Source: Nitrospirota bacterium | Lineage (GTDB): Bacteria > Nitrospirota > Thermodesulfovibrionia > Thermodesulfovibrionales > Dissulfurispiraceae | Length of the DNA: 64,000 nt | Direction: 5' to 3' | Assembly (NCBI GenBank): GCA_963710375.1 | Contig: CAVPZX010000001.1 | Span: 64,001 to 128,000, forward strand | Shown: positions 19,644 through 29,887 of the stretch, piece by piece | How the letters are laid out: the number at the start of each line of letters is the position of its first letter | How positions within the stretch are numbered: the stretch's first letter is position 1 | Program-made: the position numbers and the translations under genes | The notes under the pieces: generated by a model | What the model saw: the letters and a program-made list of their open reading frames with translations, nothing else | The model's database searches: none | What the model was told of the DNA's origin: nothing

Positions 19644-21346
19644 TTATCTAATATAAGCCTCTGTTACGTATCTTCTCATCATCCTATGGGAATTGAAGTA
19701 ATAGGCATTTTTGCCGATGGCGTTCTGCATGACCCTTATCCAAAGAGGCTTTTCATTATAAAACATCGGCATGATAATGCTCTCAAGCTTGTAATACAGG
19801 TCATCTGCGTCACGGGCCGGATCGGCAGGGACATTGGGCGACGGCCCTATGGCCCATCCGGTAAACCCTTCGATATGTCCTTCGATCCACCATCCGTCGA
19901 GCACACTGAAATTCGGGACTCCGTTATGCGTTGCCTTCATTCCGCTGGTTCCTGAGGCCTCGAGCGGCCTGAGCGGTGTATTGAGCCAAACATCGACACC
20001 TGATGTGATTTTAAGTGCGATATCCATACTATAATTCTTCAGAAATACTATGCGTATCTTGTGCTTGAGCCGCTCTTTAATTTCAAAGATGTGCTGTATC
20101 AGCTTTTTACCCGATTCATCATGCGGATGGGCCTTTCCCGCATATACAATTTGAAGTCTTCCTTCAGCCATGCGCGCCAACCGGTCCATATCGGTAAAAA
20201 GCAGGTCTGCTCTTTTATAAGCAGTTGCCCTCCTGGCGAATCCGATGGTAAAAGTATCATAATTCATACCCGCCTGCGTCTCGCGGTTTACATAGTCGAT
20301 AAGTTGCCGTTTCGCTTCCATATGCGCTTCCCATAGCTCATTGTCCGGGATGCGACCGACCCTTACGAAGATCTCGGGCTCATTGGCCCAGCCAGGCAGG
20401 TATTTATCATAGAGTCTTTTAAAACTGTCGCACGTCCAGGTAAAGGAATGTACCCCGTTTGTTATGGCATGGATGGCGTATCCGGGAAACATACTCTGAG
20501 AAACCTCGCCGTGTTTTTTTGCCACTCCGTTTATATAGTTGCAGAGATTCAGGGCGAGCAGCGTTAAATTAAGGTAGTCCTGTCCGGCAAATTCTTTTAC
20601 AGCGCTTAGAGGAATGATCTCTTCCATTATGCGCTGCACCGTTTCATACGTAAACTTGTCATGCCCTGCAGCCACAGGGGTGTGAGTGGTAAAAACGCAT
20701 AAACTCCTAACCTTCTCGACATCCCATACGAGATTCTCGTCCCACACTTCTTCAATATCTTTTTTGTACCTTTTGAGTAATTCAAGTATCAGGAGGCTCG
20801 AATGCCCCTCGTTCATGTGATATTTCTTGATTTGGAATCCCACTCTTCAAGCATTCGTGTGCCGCCTATACCGAGCACAATTTCCTGTTTGAGCCGGTAG
20901 TCGTTATCACCTCCGTAGAGACAATGGGTAATGCCCCTGTCCTGAGGCGCATTTTCTCCAAGGTCTGCATCGAGGAAGATAATGGGAACTTTCCCGCCTG
21001 TGGCACTTTCAATGATATATGTCCATGCCCCTATGACAACCTCTCTCCCCTCAATATGAACTATTACCTGTTCTGCGAGCGGATACATAAACTGCTGTGG
21101 ATCGAACTCATCAGGAAGTTCGGTCTGCCTCCCGTATATATCGAGCTCTTGCCTGAAATATCCTTTTTTTGTCAGTAAGGTTACTGCAACCATGGGGAGT
21201 TTCAGGTCGGCGGCTGATTTGATAGTATCTCCTGCCAGCACGCCGAGCCCGCCGCTATAGGTAGGCATATCGCTCCGAACCCCAATTTCCATAGAGAAAT
21301 ATGCTATTTTCGGCTCTTTTATAAAGGCATCCATACTATATTTCAT
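19644..21346 (-). CDS. glgP: Alpha-glucan phosphorylase (short type), frameshift near 20842
   Basis: IAYFSMEIG..YSGGLGVLAGD, RLKQEIVLGIGG, YHMNEGH, ARRATAYKR, PLP motif EASGTSGMK; joins ORFs 20813..21346 and 19644..20843. Confidence 0.9.
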
Positions 21347-21400
21347 ACATGGTCCTCCTTGATTATAAATTCATGTTTGCTCGAAAATATTCAGACGTAC

Positions 21401-22216
21401 CTAAGGTATGCTATTTGCCCTTTTTAGCAGTTCATCAAGTGCTGCCCGCCCGTTTTCTCCCAGGTCCAATGTGTAGTCGTTAACATATAGTCCGATATGC
21501 TTCAGCATTACTTCTTCATCCATTTCACGGGCGTATTTTCTAATATAAGGAATTGCCTCGCTTTTATGTGCCAGCGAATAGTTTATACTTGTCCTAATAA
21601 GGTTTTCAATCGTTTTTATCACCTGCATTCCAAGAGTTTTTCTTGCAATAATGCCGCCAAGAGGAATGGGCAATCCCGTCTCTTTCTCCCACCATTCCCC
21701 CAGATCAATGATCTCGACAAGGCCAAAATCCTGATAAGTGAAACGGCTCTCGTGTATAATCAGCCCGGCGTCTACCAGTCCTTCATTAATTGAGTCCATA
21801 ATCATGTGGAAAGGCATGCTGATCAACCCGACAGGTTGAGCATTGAAGGCGGAAGCAAAATACAGCTCCATCAGAAGCGCTGCTGTAGTAAGTTTGCCTG
21901 GAATAGCTATTTTCAGGTCTTTGAATGGTTTTGCAGAAGAAAAAACGTTCCGGTCTTTTGCTATTACTAGGGGGCCGCATCCCCTGCCCAGGGCGCCGCC
22001 GGCACTCATAAAATGATAGTCGTCCTGAAGATAACGAAACGCGTGACATGACACCTTTGTCACATCAAGCGCCTTGCCGACAGCGAGCCGGTTCAGCGTT
22101 TCCACATCTTCTATATTAAGAGTGAAGTCGAGCCCCTGTGTATCTATCAGCTTGTTGGCAATAGCGAAAAAGATAAAGGTATCATTCGGACACGGAGAAA
22201 AACCCAAACGTATCAT
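21401..22216 (-). CDS. mqnD: 1,4-dihydroxy-6-naphthoate synthase (futalosine pathway)
   Basis: LGFSPCPNDTFIF, IIHESRFTY, LPIPLG, HIGLYVN. Confidence 0.9.
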   Translation of the reverse strand: MIRLGFSPCPNDTFIFFAIANKLIDTQGLDFTLNIEDVETLNRLAVGKALDVTKVSCHAFRYLQDDYHFMSAGGALGRGCGPLVIAKDRNVFSSAKPFKDLKIAIPGKLTTAALLMELYFASAFNAQPVGLISMPFHMIMDSINEGLVDAGLIIHESRFTYQDFGLVEIIDLGEWWEKETGLPIPLGGIIARKTLGMQVIKTIENLIRTSINYSLAHKSEAIPYIRKYAREMDEEVMLKHIGLYVNDYTLDLGENGRAALDELLKRANSIP

Positions 22217-22343
22217 GATTTGAAATTTTACCACTAATACGAAACATTTACCACCAAACCTCCCAGTTATTGGAACTGCAACGAAAGGGAATGTTGATTT
22301 CGAAAATCAACAAAGACTGGCTCTTGGACCGGCATAAAATTGT

Positions 22344-22925
22344 TTATCGGAACATGGTAAGAGCGAAAATTACGATGCCGGTGCCGCCAACTAACATCGA
22401 GCCAAACCAGATAAGCCTGAAGCGCGTCAGAGCCGCCACGGCACCCAAAGCAATAGAGACCTGCAAAAGGGCAACTGAACTCGCAAAGCTATGGTGTTTG
22501 TGGAGGAGGTGGTCGGATTCCTTCAACCGCTCGTCCCTCTCATGTTCTTTATCCAGTGCTTTGTTTTTAATTGCAGTCTGTTCGTCGCTGTAACGCTTAA
22601 TAGTTTCCTTGTACCGGGTGGGCGGGGTCCTTCTGATAGCAAGCCACGGGGTGCGGGAGGCCTCCTGAATAGCCGACTTTATCCCTTTTGCCTGGTAATA
22701 GGCCCACTGGTCCGATGCCTCAGACTGCAGACGCACAGCTTCCGTTTTTAGGGCGAGAGCTGTATTTACGGTGCTTCCGGCCTGCAGTGAAGCAATAGCC
22801 GCCAGGACGGCAAGAATTGCAGTAGTAATGGCAATCTGCTTTAGGAATGCTCCGCCTTCACGTTCGAGCTCCTCTTTAATCGTCTCTTCAAGTTTTTCGG
22901 TCTCAACCTCAGGGCCTTCCGGCAT
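22344..22925 (-). CDS. DUF4337 family membrane protein
   Basis: TAILAVLAAIASL, ASDQWAYYQAKGIK, LLQVSIALGAVAALT. Confidence 0.75.
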   Translation of the reverse strand: MPEGPEVETEKLEETIKEELEREGGAFLKQIAITTAILAVLAAIASLQAGSTVNTALALKTEAVRLQSEASDQWAYYQAKGIKSAIQEASRTPWLAIRRTPPTRYKETIKRYSDEQTAIKNKALDKEHERDERLKESDHLLHKHHSFASSVALLQVSIALGAVAALTRFRLIWFGSMLVGGTGIVIFALTMFR

Positions 22926-22991
22926 GGGCAGCCTCCTGCCTTTCAAATTCTAAGTATTCAGCTTACGGTTTATATGCCCGTACACCTCTCT

Positions 22992-23552
22992 TTATTTAAC
23001 ATAGTTAACAGTGTTTTCCCTCCTGGCTGGTGCTTTGGCGTGTTCTATTTTCTTATAGCCTAAAGCGACTGCATGGGAAGGTTTATATCCTTCCGGTATA
23101 CCTAATCGCTTCAAATAATCTTTTCCCTTTTCTCCCCCAAAAGCAAAGCCAACAAAAGCTACCCAACAGGAGCCTACACCAATGGATTCTGCCGCTATCA
23201 ACATGTTTTCAGTCGCGGCAGCACAGCTGACTTCAGGCATCATAGCCTTTTCTTCACCCGAGACGATGATTGCTGTCGGAGCATTATAGAAGGCATGAAA
23301 CTTTTCATTGTTAGCCAACTGCTGAATTAACTTGTCATCAAAGTGTTTAGCGGCAACCTTTGCATCATCGCTTAATTGGTCCAGTAACTGCTTGTCCTGC
23401 ACAACTGTGAAATGCCATGATTGCTGATTGTGGGCGCTAGGCGCGTAAATACCCGCTTCGATAATGGTTTTCAATTCTTCTTCCTTAATTTGTTCCGCTA
23501 AAAATGCCCTGTTACTTCTTCTGTTAAGAATACTTCTTAGTGTTTCGTTCAT
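22992..23552 (-). CDS. Nitroreductase family protein
   Basis: RRSNRAF, APSAHNQQSWHF, ENMLIAAESIGVGSCW. Confidence 0.9.
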   Translation of the reverse strand: MNETLRSILNRRSNRAFLAEQIKEEELKTIIEAGIYAPSAHNQQSWHFTVVQDKQLLDQLSDDAKVAAKHFDDKLIQQLANNEKFHAFYNAPTAIIVSGEEKAMMPEVSCAAATENMLIAAESIGVGSCWVAFVGFAFGGEKGKDYLKRLGIPEGYKPSHAVALGYKKIEHAKAPARRENTVNYVK

Positions 23553-23850
23553 TTGTAACCTCCCCTTTTGCTTACGGTTATGGAAACGCACCGTTCCAAT
23601 ATACGTTATTACCTGCCTGAAGATTCATAATTAAGTGGTGAACTTATGTCAAGTATATCATAGAAGTCCTCTTTATTCATTATAGGCAATAAGGGTTTGA
23701 AGAGTACGAGGTGAAAGTCGTCATCTGCGTAGGATTAATAAATGTTAAAAGGATTTGATAGAATAAAGGAATATAGATAGCAGGGGGGCGATGGGGTGGA
23801 ACAGATACCTTGAAAAATAACCGGTCTTTATGCTACATTTCATATTCAAA

Positions 23851-23945
23851 AACACACGCCGGTAAAGATTCTCAAATGGTCTCAAAGGTCCAAATTATTT
23901 TTTTGGTCCAATGAGTTAATGAGGTCAGGCGGAGGAAAAACCTTA
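23851..23945 (+). promoter_or_regulatory. rpsB leader (putative S2 autoregulatory RNA)
   Basis: 5' ACACACGCC and 3' GGCGGAGG..AACC directly upstream of rpsB, resembling known rpsB leader ends. Confidence 0.5.
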
Positions 23946-23955
23946 AGGAGGAACA

Positions 23956-24722
23956 ATGGGTATTGTCACTATGAAGGAACTGCTGGAAGCCGGTGTACAC
24001 TTTGGACACCAGGTGAAGCGCTGGAACCCGAAGATGAAGAAGTTTATTTTCGGGGAAAGAAACGGGATCCATATTGTGGATCTTCAAAAGACGCTTAAAG
24101 GGCTTATAGAAGCGTACAACTTTGTCAAAAGCGTTGCTGCCACGGGGTCGCCGGTGCTTTTTGTCGGCACCAAGAAACAGGCCCAGGATTCAATTTCGGA
24201 CGAGGCCAGAAGGGCCGGTTCGTTTTACGTTAACAACCGATGGCTGGGGGGCATGTTGACCAATTTCTCAACGGTCAAAAAGAGCATCGAGAGGTTAAAA
24301 AAGATCGACACTATGAAAGAAGACGGCACCTTCAATGTTCTGAAGAAAAAAGAGATTGCAATGCTTGAGAAGGAGAGGGCCAACCTGGAAAAGAACTTGA
24401 GCGGAATAAAAGAGATGTCCTCGCTGCCAGGGGCGCTTTTTATTATAGACCCAAGAAAAGAGAGAATTGCCGTGGCTGAAGCTAAAAGGCTTTCCATCCC
24501 TATAGTAGCTGTTGTTGATACGAATTGCGACCCTGACGAAATAGATTATGTCATTCCCGGCAATGACGATGCGATACGCGCCATAAAACTTATCTCTTCC
24601 AAGGTAGCCAATGCCATTCTGGAAAGCAAGAACGAACTTGAAAAGGCAAAAGGGGACCAGGCTGCTAAAGAGGAGATAAACGCAAAGATTGCCGCAACCG
24701 AGGCGATGGAGGTAGCTGCAGA

Positions 24723-24726
<4 letters not shown>
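23956..24726 (+). CDS. rpsB: 30S ribosomal protein S2
   Basis: [41 protein letters not shown]. Confidence 0.99.
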
Positions 24727-26115
<1,389 letters not shown>

Positions 26116-26163
26116 TATCGTTGCAGCCGGAGGCTGTGTCTTTGATAACTAACGAGGTGGAGC

Positions 26164-26718
26164 ATGCAGGACATTAAAAGAAAGACCACTGATAAGATGA
26201 ATGGAGCGCTGGAGGTGCTGAAAAAGGAACTTGTTTCCATAAGGACCGGAAGGGCATCCCTTTCTTTGCTTGACGGCATATTTGTCGATTATTACGGTAC
26301 TCAAACCCCCATTGCCCAGGTCGCAACCCTTGGGATGCCTGATACCAGACAGATAACGATCCAGCCCTGGGAGCAAAAGCTTATACCCGAAATAGAAAAG
26401 TCGATACTCAAGTCGGATCTCGGGATTACGCCGGGGAATGACGGTAAAGTCATTCGGCTTAATATCCCTGTGCTTACAGAGGAAAGAAGGAAGCAGCTGG
26501 TTAAAGTGGTGCGGAAAAGGGCTGAAGAGGGGAAAATTGCTGTGCGGAATATACGAAGAGACATAATCGATGAGGTGAAGAAGTCCGAGAAAGAACAGCA
26601 CCTGAGCGAGGATGACATAAAGAAGCTCCAGGAAGAGATACAGAAGATCACCGATTCGTTTATAAATAAAGTGGATGAAGTCCTTCAACATAAAGAAAAA
26701 GAGATAATGGAGGTCTGA
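26164..26718 (+). CDS. frr: Ribosome recycling factor
   Basis: IRTGRAS, LTEERRK, VRNIRRD, KEKEIMEV. Confidence 0.98.
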   Translation: MQDIKRKTTDKMNGALEVLKKELVSIRTGRASLSLLDGIFVDYYGTQTPIAQVATLGMPDTRQITIQPWEQKLIPEIEKSILKSDLGITPGNDGKVIRLNIPVLTEERRKQLVKVVRKRAEEGKIAVRNIRRDIIDEVKKSEKEQHLSEDDIKKLQEEIQKITDSFINKVDEVLQHKEKEIMEV

Positions 26719-26719
26719 A

Positions 26720-26857
26720 ATGGCTGTAAACAGCAACTTTATTGTGAAAGTAACGGATGCTAAGCTGCCTGATGTTCAGAAGGCCCTCGAACAGGCAGGC
26801 ATCAAGGTCAGAAGCATCGTTGAAGTATTTAAAGAAGAAACTCCCTCTGAGAATTAA
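26720..26857 (+). CDS. Small hypothetical protein (45 aa)
   Basis: MAVNSNFIVKVTDAKLPDVQKALEQAGIKVRSIVEVFKEETPSEN; starts 1 nt after the frr stop with GGAGG inside the frr end. Confidence 0.6.
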   Translation: MAVNSNFIVKVTDAKLPDVQKALEQAGIKVRSIVEVFKEETPSEN

Positions 26858-26931
26858 TAAAGCATTTTCTGTTCGTTAGTATGTACTGCGATATTCGGCT
26901 ATATGCAGATGCAGGCGGGGAAGGAGGAATT

Positions 26932-27396
26932 ATGCCATCTAAGGAAAAAGGTAAACCGAAAGAAACGTCGAAAGGAAAGCTTGAAAAGCTCTCCAGGGAG
27001 AGTACCGCTGAAAATGAGAGCCATCGCAAAGAACGTTTAAGGAAACAATTGATTCAGAGAAGAGAGGAAATAATCAGGGAGGCAAAAAACGAGATAAAGA
27101 AGTTCAAGTCCGGCGAAAACAAACAGCTTGTAGAGACTGTAATGGATGATGGCGACTTGTCTGTTGTCGATATGGCGGAAGATATCAGTCTCAAGCAGCT
27201 AAGCACACATAGAGAGACGCTGATAAAAATAGATACCGCTCTCCGCAAACTGGAGGAGGGCACTTATGGAATATGTGAAGAGTGCGGCGAAGATATCAGC
27301 GAGGAACGGCTGAAAATAATGCCTTTTGCAATTTACTGCCGGGATGACCAGGAAAAAAAAGAGATAATGGAAAGGATCGAGCGGGAAGGGCAATAG
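26932..27396 (+). CDS. DksA/TraR family zinc-finger protein
   Basis: ALRKLEEGTYGICEECGEDISEERLKIMPFAIYC; RBS AGGAGG before MPSK. Confidence 0.88.
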   Translation: MPSKEKGKPKETSKGKLEKLSRESTAENESHRKERLRKQLIQRREEIIREAKNEIKKFKSGENKQLVETVMDDGDLSVVDMAEDISLKQLSTHRETLIKIDTALRKLEEGTYGICEECGEDISEERLKIMPFAIYCRDDQEKKEIMERIEREGQ

Positions 27397-27402
27397 CTTT
27401 TT

Positions 27403-28170
27403 TTAGTAGTTGACCCGCTCAAGGAAGAGACCTCTTGCCGGCGCCGTGGGTCCGGCAAGCCTTCTGTCCCTGGCGTCCAGAAGCTCCAAAATTGCCTCGG
27501 ACCTGAGCCTGCCTTTTCCGACTTCGATGATAGTCCCGGCTATATTTCTCACCATATGTCTCAAGAAACCGTCTCCTTCAATACGCAACTTCATAAAATT
27601 CCCCCGTACTCCTGCAGTCATGAAATCGATCACATCGATTTTCTCCATAGAGCATTGAAAGATGGTCCTTGCAGGGTTTTTTGCCGCGCAACCGCTTCCT
27701 CTGAATGATGTGAAGTCATGGGTACCCTGCAAGAGAATTGAGGCGGTGCGCATCCCGTCGAAATCAAGGCCCTGGGGAACCCTGCACGCATAATTATAGA
27801 GAAAGGGAGACATGACACGCGTGTTGGCAATTATATAAAAATATATCTTGGTTTTGGCGTCATATCTAGGATGAAAGGCCGCATCTGCTTCGCAGGCTTC
27901 CATGATCCTTATGTCCCAGGGAAGCAGTGCGTTGAGCGCGTCCCTGATAGTGTCGCATTGAAGCGCCGATGTGGTTTTAAAGGAAGCCACCTGAGCAAGA
28001 GCGTGCACCCCTGCATCGGTCCTGCCGGCCGCAATAACCGGTACCTGTACTCCGGTTATTTTTGAGATGCGCTCCTCCAGCACCTGCTGTATGGAGATGC
28101 ATCCAGGTTGTGTCTGCCAGCCATGATAACGCGTTCCGTCATACTGGATAACCAATTTGATATTTCTCAT
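27403..28170 (-). CDS. truA: tRNA pseudouridine(38-40) synthase
   Basis: YDGTRYHGWQ, AGRTDAGVHA, GFLRHMVRNI, TAPARGL. Confidence 0.97.
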   Translation of the reverse strand: MRNIKLVIQYDGTRYHGWQTQPGCISIQQVLEERISKITGVQVPVIAAGRTDAGVHALAQVASFKTTSALQCDTIRDALNALLPWDIRIMEACEADAAFHPRYDAKTKIYFYIIANTRVMSPFLYNYACRVPQGLDFDGMRTASILLQGTHDFTSFRGSGCAAKNPARTIFQCSMEKIDVIDFMTAGVRGNFMKLRIEGDGFLRHMVRNIAGTIIEVGKGRLRSEAILELLDARDRRLAGPTAPARGLFLERVNY

Positions 28171-28215
28171 AAACAGTAGTGTACCCAAAATATGCACCTG
28201 ATGTCATGCGCGGGA

Positions 28216-28400
28216 CTGCAATTCTGACAGTAGATGAATCTCTTTCGCTACGCTCCGTTTTGACAGTCCTAACGACTCGTTTCGCTACAGTCGCAAAATT
28301 CCCTTCGGTCAGTTTCGCTCCTGTTTCACGCTCACTCGCCGAGAACTGTTTCCAAAACTCCGCTAATGCTTCAGAGATTTATCTACTGTCAGAATTGCAG
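28216..28400. mobile_element. MITE-like palindromic element (185 bp)
   Basis: 28-bp terminal inverted repeat CTGCAATTCTGACAGTAGATGAATCTCT / AGAGATTTATCTACTGTCAGAATTGCAG with 1 mismatch. Confidence 0.72.
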
Positions 28401-28433
28401 ATGCACCGGAATTGGGATTTTGGGATATAATAG

Positions 28434-28886
28434 GTGAACATGCAAAAAAAGATCATTGCTGTCATAGGCGCAGGAAGCGCGGATAAAGAGTTGCTCATAA
28501 TAGCCGAAGAAGTTGGAAGGCTTATCGCTCTCAATGAAGCCGTATTGGTTTGCGGCGGACTCGGCGGCGTGATGGAGGCCGCTGCCAGAGGGGCGAATAC
28601 TGAGGGAGGTATCACAGTCGGAATACTGCCGGGGCTTGAAAAGAGTGCTGCAAATCCTTATATCAATGTGCCCGTTGCTACCGGACTTGGAGAAATAAGA
28701 AATGCTATAATTGTTCGTTCCGCCGATGTCCTGATAGCAATCGGAGGAGAATACGGCACACTTTCCGAAATAGCGTTCGGGCTCAAGACCGGAAAAACCG
28801 TCATTGGCATCAGAACCTGGGACATCAAGGGTATAATCAAAGCACATGGCGCTGAAGATGCAGTAAACAGAGCGCTTGGATTGTAA
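28434..28886 (+). CDS. TIGR00725/LOG-like (SLOG) Rossmann-fold protein
   Basis: CGGLGGVMEAAARGA, VGILPG, IAIGGEYGTLSEIAF. Confidence 0.88.
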   Translation: MNMQKKIIAVIGAGSADKELLIIAEEVGRLIALNEAVLVCGGLGGVMEAAARGANTEGGITVGILPGLEKSAANPYINVPVATGLGEIRNAIIVRSADVLIAIGGEYGTLSEIAFGLKTGKTVIGIRTWDIKGIIKAHGAEDAVNRALGL

Positions 28887-28914
28887 AAAATTAACCATTC
28901 AGCAACAGAGTCTT

Positions 28915-29034
28915 GGAATTATGTAATTATTCCATAAAAATGGAATTAATCCATATCCATGATTTTTAACATTCCTCAGGAATCCCAATAAATCAAGAAG
29001 ATAATACATTGTCTTGCCTGGCATATTCCTTGCT
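28915..29034 (+). promoter_or_regulatory. Sigma54 promoter with conserved upstream module (copy 2)
   Basis: TGGCATATTCCTTGCT at 29019-29034; upstream TGGAATTAATCCA and CTCAGGAATCCCAATAAATCAA. Confidence 0.8.
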
Positions 29035-29116
29035 TCATCACTAAATCAAATGACTTCTTACGAAGATGTACGGTTACATTTTGTAACAAACATATGAACT
29101 AAACCAGGGAGGCAGT

Positions 29117-29857
29117 ATGAAAAAAATTTTGTTTTATGCGATGTTGTTGGTTTTTGCGGTAAGCACAATGGCATATGCCGAGGACCTTCGCGTTAATGGC
29201 TCAACAACGACTATGGGGAAAATCATTTCAAAGATTAAGGCCCCGTTCGAAAAAGCAACAGGCATCCACCTTGCAGTTAACGCCAACGGATCTGGAGCAG
29301 GGGCAAAGGATCTGATAGCCGGGAAATGTGATGCGAGTGTTGCTTCTGAAAGTCTCGAAGATTTGAAAAAAGCTGTCCCGGAATTAAACAGCATTGCGGA
29401 CATCAAAACTTCAGTACTTGGCAACGATAACCTTGCGATCATTGTAAATAAAGTAAATCCTGTAACCAAACTGAACAAGGAGCAGCTTAAAGGGCTAAAC
29501 ACAGGCAAGATCAAGAACTGGAAAGAGGTAGGAGGCATGGATGCAGATGTCATAGTTGTTACTTCCGAAAAGGGATCCGGGACAAGGGCGATGGTTACTA
29601 AACAGATTCTGGACGGCGAACCCTTTTCGGCTGACGTAGTTGAGGCATCAACAACAATGGCAGAGGTTAAGGAAGTGTCATCAATGAAAGAAGCAATAGG
29701 CGCAGTAAGCGAGTCCTTTGTAAACGAAACCGTGAAGCGAGTGGATGGACCTGTCATAGGAAGGCCTTTGCTCATACTTACTAAGGGTGAGCCAAGTGTA
29801 TCCGTCAAGAAACTCATTGACTTCATATTGGGCGAAGGGCAACAATATCTCAAATAA
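29117..29857 (+). CDS. PstS-like periplasmic substrate-binding protein
   Basis: Signal peptide; GSTT, GSGAG, IIVNKVNPV, IKNWKEVGG, GSGTR. Confidence 0.8.
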   Translation: MKKILFYAMLLVFAVSTMAYAEDLRVNGSTTTMGKIISKIKAPFEKATGIHLAVNANGSGAGAKDLIAGKCDASVASESLEDLKKAVPELNSIADIKTSVLGNDNLAIIVNKVNPVTKLNKEQLKGLNTGKIKNWKEVGGMDADVIVVTSEKGSGTRAMVTKQILDGEPFSADVVEASTTMAEVKEVSSMKEAIGAVSESFVNETVKRVDGPVIGRPLLILTKGEPSVSVKKLIDFILGEGQQYLK

Positions 29858-29887
29858 CAACATGATAACCGCCCTAGGGATAACTAA

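Noticed and set aside
29134..29853. 239-aa minus-strand ORF, and the many other short ORFs overlapping called genes
   Set aside because: Antisense or off-frame shadows of well-supported genes.
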